Assembly (NCBI GenBank): GCA_001687465.1
Contig: LVLI01000341.1
Coordinates: 62,001 to 126,000, forward strand
Reading direction: 5' to 3'
Length of the DNA: 64,000 bases
Source: Halocafeteria seosinensis
Taxonomy: Eukaryota
A model generated the notes under the pieces. It saw only the letters and a program-made list of their open reading frames with translations. It was not told the DNA's origin and did not search any database. This document shows, piece by piece, positions 52,301-61,700 of this stretch (its first letter is position 1; each line of letters starts with the position of its first letter). The position numbers and the translations under genes are program-made.

Positions 52301-53688
52301 TGGAAACTTCCTGAGAACGTGGAGTAGAAACTGTCTCAAGAGCGAATTCGTCTGAGTCAGCGACGGTCTTTACCCTTTCGTTACATGCTATAAATTCAGC
52401 TAACATTTGTAAAGTTCGCAAAGTATTGTTCAAAGCGGACTCATCAGGAGACATACAACCCAAAACGAAAACTCTAGTATTCCCACATATTGGCTCCTTC
52501 AGTACCATGTTTAATTTACTGCTACGCTGGGTCCGCATGAGATTAGCGTGCACTTCCTTAGTTTGTTTTCGTTGATATTGGTTTCTCGCTTTCACCATCT
52601 GGTTAAGATTGAACAACGATTTGGAGCCCACGTTCTTGGAGCCGGAAGTACTGCCAGCCAAATCCACAAACGTGAACAAGCCGTTTGTGTTTTGTTTTCG
52701 GTTGTGGACCTTGAGGTGTATAACAGAGTTTAATTGCGATGCAAACTGAGTTTCATATTGGGATTGTAGGAAAAGACCATACTCAAGCAACCCAAGAGCT
52801 CTCATTTTCGTTTCAGTAACAATAACAGAAGCACCTTGAATGAGGAACACGTCCTTCTTGGCATCGTGGCGAACAGCAACATTCGAATTCTTTTGTGTTG
52901 TTTTGGCGGGTCCCATACCTTTGAGGCGTTTTAGAGACGGTGAAAATGGTACCTTACCTTCTCTGGTGCTCTTCTTATCAACCTGGCCGTTGTAAATTTC
53001 CTTGACAGCTTCGGAACCCGCTAGCAGGTCCACAGGTTTATCCGTCGTAACTCCAATCATTCGCAAAGAAACTTCCAAATCATCTCCGTAGAAATCAAAT
53101 AAATGTTCAATTATTCGAGGAATTAGTCCAAAGTCCGAAAGCACCCCTAACGGACCCAACGTAGTCATACCGTCGCTGGTTCTTCGTCGGTTGATAACCG
53201 TTTCCTCCTTCCGAATCCCGGTGACCGAGCCATACAAGGAGTATGTCTTGCCGGTCTTCTCCTGTCCCAGAGTAACAATAGCTTCTCTTCCTCCGTTTAG
53301 TACGCTCTTTATTCTGCTTTCCGTATCCAGTGCTTCGTAAAGTTCTCCTTGAGTGGAATCCAAAAACGTCTGGATGCTGAACTGATGGTAGTTGGTTTTC
53401 CCTGAGGCATCTCGCCGACTGAGATCAGCTTCTTCGTACTTGGGAATCTGCGCAGTGTCGAGACGGAAAGAAAATTAAAATTTCCCTAATGCATGTACTG
53501 TATAAGAAGTAATTCCCACTTACGCTAACTAGCCCACTTCCATCATCGTATTGTATGACTTCATCTTGCGGTTTATCAAGGTCTTCCAATGTCCGAGGTC
53601 GTACACGAGCTGCCACTCCTATCCTCATAGGAGCGTCATCATCGCTACCACCATTGCTGTGAGGCGAATTCCCTTGTTTCTGCGACAT
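49398..53688 (-). CDS. Kinesin-like protein with divergent N-terminal motor and long disordered tail, 2 exons
   Basis: VAARVRP, P-loop GQEKTGKTYS, GLIPR, FVDLAGS, SL..L, RSSKL..VLKE...GN, CMSP. Intron 53448-53523. Confidence 0.85.
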
Positions 53689-54860
53689 GGAGACGGCTTT
53701 CTTCGGAGCAACTTGAACCTTTTTGTAGTTTCCTCAGCCCCTGGGGCGCCCCTTGCAAGCGGCCTCCACCACACCTCGAGACAAACGAGAAGACGGGGTG
53801 CTTCTTTAATCAAAACACAAAAGCGACTCGCTTTGCAAAACCCGCTAGCTCTTGCAGGACTTCAATCCAAGCAGTGTTCTGCTGCCTAAAGAGATGAGTC
53901 GACTCGAGCGACTCGAGCACTCTACTGGTCGCACGACTGCGACCCCCCCCCCCGACCAAGCCTGCAGGATCTGCAACTTGTCACACTACAAGCGTACCAG
54001 AAGTATTAATGCATATCATGGTATACAAGCTGAATGGAACTAGTTAGGGGATGGTCACGCCGTGGACGATCTCCCTAGGGACCCCTGCAACGCTTTAGTG
54101 CCTGCCCCTACCAGCGTTGCGGGAGGTAAGGGTTCCCATGAACGAAACTCCAGCACCCGCACTCAAGAAGATAATGGGAACAACATGAATGTAGAATTCC
54201 TGACTCAATTACCACTGTTTTTTGTGCAAGAACCTTCGTGTCACCCTTCGGGGCCTGAATAGTGAGTCCTCCTACTTCCGGCTCCAGGATAGATGCGACT
54301 CAATGTGGCTTTCTGGTTGACTTCCTGAGAAAGCACTCATGCAACACAAAGGAATTCTTACGAAACACTATTTTTCGAACTTCGAACCACCGTGACACAC
54401 GTATCACATGCGGTTGTGCATCCATTTGAAGGCAGCCCGAGCTACAGGGACCGGTGAGGTACTGGCCAGTGGCCACACACTGACTCAAGTGAAGAGGCGA
54501 CAGTCAATTGTATCATAGTAGACGAATAAACGAGGCCTCGAAACTCGGTGTTTCGGTGTGGAGCGAGTACTCAGCGATGTTTCCGACCGCGCTCAGCCAC
54601 AGTGGCTGAGGGTCGCAGTTAATCCCGCACCACTATGTGAAAGAAATGATTACCGCTAGATACGGAACGAAATGGAGGGCCCAAGCCGCTTTGGGCCAAG
54701 CGTTCAATGCGTCAGCAATTGTCTTGTTCCATACGATATGTACTATTGACGAAGCGCACTCGAGTGTCATCAACTACGTCGAGAACATTGGCGTAGGGCG
54801 CTCCCTCAGTCAGTCGGTCCGTTCCACGCCTGAGAAGGACGAAAACACGATATAAGGACG

Positions 54861-56477
54861 ATGCAGTTTATTGGCGCAGTGTTGGTATCATTGGCTGTAC
54901 TGTTCCACTCCTCTCTGCTCTCTCGGTCCATGGCATATGATGAATTTTGTGATATCCTACTGGATGCGGAGAGCAGCAACGAGGTTATCAGTCATATGTC
55001 GGCCGAACATGTCGGAGAGATAGACCATATACAGAGGGCCTTAGAGTCCACACCTCCGGAGTTAATCCGCCAAAGAAATGAGTTGTGTGAACGACGCGCA
55101 GGGTCTTCTGACATATCGCCGCGAGGCGTTCACGTTGCGGCCAACGAGGAAGGAGGCTTGTCTGTGGTTTGGGCAACTACCGGGGATTCGATGAACCACT
55201 CCGCTCAGGCTATGATTCAATACTGGGTAAACGAGACGTGTTCCATTTTTCAGAATGCCTCGAGCTACACGTATACAGTTCCCAAAAAGTGGTGGGACCC
55301 TACAGGATCGTCGGGAAGCATCCAGCATGCCGTCCAGTTGCAGAATACCCCGAGATCTTTTCGCTATCGCGTAGGTACGGTGGACACTGGTCTTTTGCTG
55401 CCACCACTTAATGAGCGGTGCCACAACGCATCAAGTGACCCGTTCCTATCGTCAAGCCAAGTATTTCGCGCTGCATTGCCTCCTACTACTGATGGAGATG
55501 AACCAACACGGTTGGCTGTTGCGGGGGATATGGGTTCTGTTCAACTGTTCGGATTTCTCGTAGCCCAGCAGATGATAGAGGATTTTGGGATAGCGCCTAA
55601 TTCTTCTTATGATGTTCCTTTTGGTGCACCAGACGCCTTCCTACTTGTAGGGGATATCTCATATGCCGGAATCGCCATACATCTCCCCATCTTAAACATC
55701 ACGTCTGGGGACGAGTTCGAGCCGTTCTGGGATCTGTATCTGGACATGATGCAACCAATCAGTGCGCGTCTGCCTTTCATGCTGACTGTGGGCAACCATG
55801 ACATGTTCTATAATGCAACAGCGTTTCGGCATCGTTTTCTGATGCCATCGACTGGTAGAGGAAACTTTTGGTATTCATACACTATGGGCAACATTCGAGT
55901 TATCAGTCTGAGCACTGAGCATCCTTATGGAACAGACAGCGAACAGTATGCTTGGGCACAAAAAGCACTGAAAGAGGCTGTCCATGATCGTATCGAGGGA
56001 AGAGTTGCATGGATTGTCGTTCTCTATCATCGGCCGATGTATTGCAGCGATGCCTCTGAGTGGGACCAGCACAGACCCGGAGCTCCTCTGCAAGCAGATA
56101 TCGAGCCCCTCCTCTTAACATATGATGTTGATTTGGCAATAAGCGGTCACATGCACGCTTATGAGCGCGTGCATCCCAATAAAAATGGGACTGTTGTGAC
56201 CAGGCCCCGACAACACGGTAATACGCAGGTTTATGATAATCCTAAGGCTCCCGTCCACGTTGTTTCCGGTACAGCTGGGGCCGTGCAACGTGAAACATGG
56301 ATCGAGCCTTCGCCAAGTTGGTCAGCCGTTCGATTTGCGAATCAACTGTGGGGTTCGTATGGGTATGGTTGGTTGGAGACAACGAATCGTACCCACCTGC
56401 ATTACACCTTCCGACCAGTGCAGCAAGGTGGACACAGCAGCATTGGCGATGACTTTTGGATTGTCCGGGACCCGTAA
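54861..56477 (+). CDS. Secreted purple acid phosphatase (metallophosphoesterase)
   Basis: Signal peptide; FN3-like N-domain; GDMG, GDISY, GNHD, VLYH and GHMH metal-binding motifs. Confidence 0.93.
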   Translation: MQFIGAVLVSLAVLFHSSLLSRSMAYDEFCDILLDAESSNEVISHMSAEHVGEIDHIQRALESTPPELIRQRNELCERRAGSSDISPRGVHVAANEEGGLSVVWATTGDSMNHSAQAMIQYWVNETCSIFQNASSYTYTVPKKWWDPTGSSGSIQHAVQLQNTPRSFRYRVGTVDTGLLLPPLNERCHNASSDPFLSSSQVFRAALPPTTDGDEPTRLAVAGDMGSVQLFGFLVAQQMIEDFGIAPNSSYDVPFGAPDAFLLVGDISYAGIAIHLPILNITSGDEFEPFWDLYLDMMQPISARLPFMLTVGNHDMFYNATAFRHRFLMPSTGRGNFWYSYTMGNIRVISLSTEHPYGTDSEQYAWAQKALKEAVHDRIEGRVAWIVVLYHRPMYCSDASEWDQHRPGAPLQADIEPLLLTYDVDLAISGHMHAYERVHPNKNGTVVTRPRQHGNTQVYDNPKAPVHVVSGTAGAVQRETWIEPSPSWSAVRFANQLWGSYGYGWLETTNRTHLHYTFRPVQQGGHSSIGDDFWIVRDP

Positions 56478-57109
56478 GTCGAAAGCTGTGACAAAACGAT
56501 TTATAGGGTACCAAGCACTCCAACCCACATGAAATAGAAACCCTCTTAGTGAGTGTAACTAGCGTAATGTGCGCACCAAAATAAGGGAACTGTGATATTC
56601 TTGAGATCACATGGAAAATACGAACCTTGTGTTCATGTTGCGCTGATAGACCCTTCCTTACCCAGCCCAACCACAAGGGCTCTATGAGTCCTATGTATTT
56701 GATCGCTATTGCTACTCACTCAAATATGGCACACTATAGCTTTACATTCATAAGGATTACACTTTTTTTGTTTTGTCTTTTTCAGAAGGATGAAGAATAT
56801 GTGAGTCATGATTACAGCGGAGAAATGCTCGCGGATCGGTCACTTCACGAAACCGTACCGCCAGGTCTGCACGGCTTCGACAGCTACGATTTCATTTGAT
56901 ACTTCAAGCGAAAATTGAGAGAACAGAAGCGGAACTGGAATAAAACCAAGGAAGCAAGTGTAAATTATCTATGGACAACATGGTGGGACTAGAGAGTATA
57001 TCCAGATTTTCCCCCAAAACTCTTATCGCCTGACGCCCTACCTGGACGACTGTGACAGTGTAGGTGTGTATTAGTATTGCTCCTACCGGAAGATGTGTAG
57101 TCAGGCTCC

Positions 57110-57420
57110 GCTAGGCCGTGTGTGGGGTGAACCCTACCCGGAACCGCTCCAACATCTTCACGTTGGGGCGCATCAACGTGACAGACAGTTTGGGTGTCAT
57201 CAGCTTTCGAAAGTTCCGCATCTCGCTTGTTCCCCAGCGAGAGCCCGGTGCTAATTCTCTGAAGGAACTTGATCGCGTCTTCTCCGAAGCCTCCCGTCGC
57301 CTCTTTCGCGAACGGGATCATTTCCGTGTGGTGATTCCTCGGATGTCCGTACAGTGTATTTTGTCTGCTTCACGTTTTCCGATTCTGCGGGGAGGGGTGT
57401 ATGTTGCCGGTAGCCTGTCC
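57110..57420 (-). mobile_element. Frameshifted 3' fragment of an RLE-bearing non-LTR retrotransposon (CRE-like)
   Basis: Across frameshifts it reads KREADK...Y, then MIPFAKEATGGFGEDAIKFLQRI, then KLSVTLMRPNVKML. This matches the restriction-like endonuclease tail pattern (E..K..KY; P...E..G..G..A..FL; LS..L.R.N..M). Confidence 0.6.
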
Positions 57421-57805
57421 TTTGAACAATTCGCGGAGACTTTCATATCGTCTGGTAGTATTGGATATGAAAAACTAGAATTATTTCACTAGACTGAAGA
57501 CTGATATACATACGCACACCCCATCAATTACAATATTAGTTTCGTAGTTTCCTTGGTATCAATGAAGCCGTCGAAGAAAAGCATTGACATCGGTCAATGC
57601 CTGAAGCACTCGAACAACTTGATCATGCGTGGTATGTGTTGTACCAGGTTGTACCAACGTTGTGTTAAGCAGGAGCGAGCGACTTCTCTGTCGGAGTTGC
57701 CACCTTCACAAGAGCAAGCGATGACTCATTCAAGTGGTATTGACTATTAGACATGGTGTGTTGTTCGTCCGGGTAAATATGGGCATGGTAAGATTGTAGA
57801 TAACA

Positions 57806-58710
57806 ATGTTTCGCTTTCTGCACAACTTTGGAGCCCGCAAAGCGGCGGCGGCCACGGGTGCCGCCATCGCTTGGCATTGGAGTTCTTTGAGAGTAATACA
57901 TGCTGATTCTTCTTCTCCCACAGCTTCTGAGGGTCAGCCACAAGGTCATAGACGCAGATTCATGGATAGCTTCGAAAGTTGCGAAGATCCGTCGTGCAGC
58001 ACCAAGGGCGAAATGAAACAGTGGCTGCAGAGAATGCAGCAGCATCGACAGGGAACTGAGGAAGATCGTGGACATTCACGAAGCCAAGAGAGACAACCTT
58101 CCACGGCATCAAGTGCTTCCGATTCTTCGTCTGGAGTCTCCGATAGGAAGGAGGAAACTGAAGGCATATCGGAGCCGGAGGATTGTCCACTCGACAGAGC
58201 TGAACTTGGCAACAGAACATGGAGTTTGGTAAGCAGACTTATCCTCTACTGACGCGTTCGTTCTGCTAGGAAGCATGTACACTCTTCAATTCCGCACAGC
58301 TTCATTCAATGGCGGCTTATTATCCCGAGGAGCCAACCAAAACTGATCAAGATTCCATGAAAGCGTTTCTCCAGGCACTCGGCAAGTTTTATCCCTGCAA
58401 ATTCTGCGCTGCCCATTTTGCGAATGAATTGGAAGAAGACCCCCCTGAGTAAGAAGTTAAAGTTACTCGTTTAGAGACATCGAGGTGTAATGTTACATTG
58501 TTTTCTTGCAGTGTAAGCTCGAGAGCAAGTCTTAGTCTATGGCTCTGTGAGAAACATAATGTAGTTAACGAGATGCTAGAGAAGCCGCGATTTGAGTGCC
58601 GAATTGAGGAGCTTGACAAGCGATGGAAATATGGACACCAGGGCTGTCTCGCAAACAGAATTGCAGCAATGGAGTCTCTGGGACAAGATGAAGGGGGTGA
58701 AGATGCCTAA
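57806..58710 (+). CDS. ERV1: FAD-linked sulfhydryl oxidase ERV1/ALR, 3 exons
   Basis: [30 protein letters not shown] redox CxxC, WLCEKHNVVN. Introns about 58229-58299 and 58449-58511. Confidence 0.92.
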
Positions 58711-58741
58711 TAAGGATACCCGTTAGTATCTATAACAGAGT

Positions 58742-61700
58742 TCACTTCCCTCTGACGAAATTTACGACGCGGGGCGATGCACCACTCCTCGTTTTTCGGA
58801 AGCGAGCGAGGTCCACGGGTTTTCTCGGTTTAAAATTTAACCCATCTTTACGTTGCTTCTCCAGCTTTTCGGCTTGTTGTCGACGATATGCTTCATCCAG
58901 ATGGGGAGTGGAGCGAATGGCCCAGTCGCGATACGGTGACAAATCGACCGGTTTCCTCAACGCACTGCCGGTATCGTGCTTACTCCCTTCCCAAGCCTCG
59001 ACAGTTTGCCGTCTAGATGCCTCGTCCAGCCGAGGGGTTGATTTCACAGCCCATCCTCGGTAGTACGAAAGGTCAACAGGTGTGTTCATCCGTTGTCCAC
59101 GACGGCCCTCTTCGGAAGAAATGCTAGTACTCTCCGAATTATACCATTGGAGCATTTCATCAGACTGTCTTATGAGACCGTTATACTTTTGTTCTTCTTC
59201 AGTATGTGTCAATTCCTGTTGATTGCTTGCACTGCGGACTGATGTGCTCGCGGTGGGGCGCCCTTCTCGCAGCGTTCTACCCTCATGCGAAAACTGCCGC
59301 CTCCTCCCAGGAAGGTCGTTCGGACGAGCAGGCCCTTCGGTAGAACGCTCGACCGTACGTTCCCTTACGTTCCGTATCCGTTCCTGTTGTATACTAGAAG
59401 AATTTCTTTCATCGTCTATGCGACGCGTTTCGGTGACGAACTTCCTTCGCAAAGCACTGTTCGGCGGAATACTATCGTCCACACAACTCCCAATTGCATC
59501 GAGCGTAATGATGGGCCTGTCATCTGGATCAATCGATTCATGGATACAGTCTCCAAAAGCATCAAGGGTAATTGTGTGGAACTCATCTTCCGCGCCGGCT
59601 CCCGATGCTCTTTCGTGGTTGAGCTCATCTTCAACGCCTGACCCATCTACTACTGAATTGCCGCTCGAGTTCTGTACCACGTTGTCTTTGGGAGTAGCTT
59701 CCGGAACCTGAGCATCTGGTTGGCTCACGTGTTCCTCGGCTAGAGATTCTGCTTTTCCGGGAATTGGCTCTTTCAAGTCTGCTACGTAATGAACCAAGGG
59801 GCTATCCGCTAGTAATCGAGTTTGGTTTCCCGCCTCTCCCGGCTGAAAATCATCATCACTACCCTCCGCGGCCTGTTGATTCAGCTTAGCTGCATCCTGC
59901 ATCTCCGTTGCTGCTTCCCCATCGTCGGTAACTTCGTCGTTTCTTCCAGGTTCATCCACACTTGAGCTCTCAGATGCAAACACATGTGGCGTTTCATCCA
60001 TCTCTTTTAAGCGCTCCACCGCGTTTTCATCTTTATCTTTAGGAACGTAGTTTTGGGGAATTTCTTCTCCGATGCCACTGTCTTCCTCTAATTGACTGGC
60101 GCCGGTTCCTTCCGAAGGCGTGGGTCCATAATAACCACCTTCCTCCTCCCGGGTGGGGAACTTTGGAGCCTCCTGTTCGTCCAATTTCGATCCTCTCTCA
60201 ATATCGTCATCAACAACAGAATTACAGTTCCCACCTAAATCATTCCTAGTCTCAGTTGCGAATATATCTGGACTGTCGTCCGTAGATTGCAAGCGTTCGA
60301 CCTTATTCTCGTCCTCAGCAATAGGAGCGGAGTTCCGACCACTAACATCTTCGACGTTTTTGGCGTCATCTAAATGACTCGCGTCGACCTCCTCAAAAGG
60401 CGTACGTTCATACGACTCTTCATTGGGAGATTCGTCCAGAAGCAGAGAAGCGAACCTCGGGGCCGCCTCTTCTTCCGAATTTACGTCGGACTCTGATTCT
60501 CTCTCGATATCAGTCACAGAATCAGAACCTGTACTTGAGGCTCTACCAGTTTCAGCTGCAGGAATACCTTCATCATTCGTTTTTGAGCGTACAACCTCGT
60601 TATCTTCTTCGCTAACAGGAGCGACATTTTGAAAGCTATCTTCGACATTGTCGCCTTCATCATTTAGATTTTTGTCGTACCCTTCAAACGACGAAGGTGC
60701 GTGACTCTCATCGACCTTCTCGTTGAGAGACTCGTCTGCATACATTGGAGCAAACCTCGGAGCGTCCTCCTCGTCCACATCAACCCCCGAATCCGATTCT
60801 CGCTCGACGTCATCGTGGTTGCCCACAGACTCAGAGCCCATATTTGAGCCTCTCCCTGTCTCCGTTGCGACAGCATGCGGACCCTGACCCACAGTTTTCT
60901 TCTTGTCATCTGATGGACTCGTGTGGTTCTCTTCAAACGCCGCAGCAGGTCCCTGATTCTCATCGTCCTTCTCGTTAAAAGACTCGTCTGCATACATTGG
61001 AGCAAACCTCGGAACGTCCTCCTCGTCCACATCAACCCCCGAATCCGATTCTCGCTCGACGTCATCGTGGTTGCCCACAGACTCAGAGCCCATATTTGAG
61101 CCTCTCCCTGTCTCCGTTGCGACAGCATGCGGACCCTGATCCACAGTTTTCTTCTTGTCATCTGATGGGCTCGTGTGGTTCTCTTCAAACGGCGCAGCAG
61201 GTCCCTGATTCTCATCGTCCTCCTCGTTGAGAGACTCGTCTGCATACATTGGAGCAAACCTCGGAACGTTCTCCTCGTCCACATCAACCCCCGAATCCGA
61301 TTCTCGCTCGACGTCATCGTGGTTGCCCACAGACTCAGAGCCCATATTTGAGCCTCTCCCTGTCTCCGTTGCGACAGCATGCGGACCCTGATCCACAGTT
61401 TTCTTCTTGTCATCTGATGGGCTCGTGTGGTTCTCTTCAAACGGCGCAGCAGGTCCCTGATTCTCATCGTCCTCCTCGTTGAGAGACTCGTCTGCATACA
61501 TTGGAGCAAACCTCGGAGCGTCCTCCTCGTCCACATCAACCCCCGAATCCGATTCTCGCTCGACGTCATCGTGGTTGCCCACAGACTCAGAGCCCATATT
61601 TGAGCCTCTTCCTGTCTCCGTTGCGACAGCATGCGGACCCTGATCCACAGTTTTCTTCTTGTCATCTGATGGACTCGTGTGGTTCTCTTCAAACGACACA

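Noticed and set aside
53700..54850. Long divergent spacer with CTCGAG-like repeats and short ORFs
   Set aside because: No coding, RNA-gene or transposon signature could be supported.
60717..61695. Tandem array as a CRISPR-like locus
   Set aside because: No unique spacers, the units are in-frame coding repeats, the context is eukaryotic and there are no cas genes.
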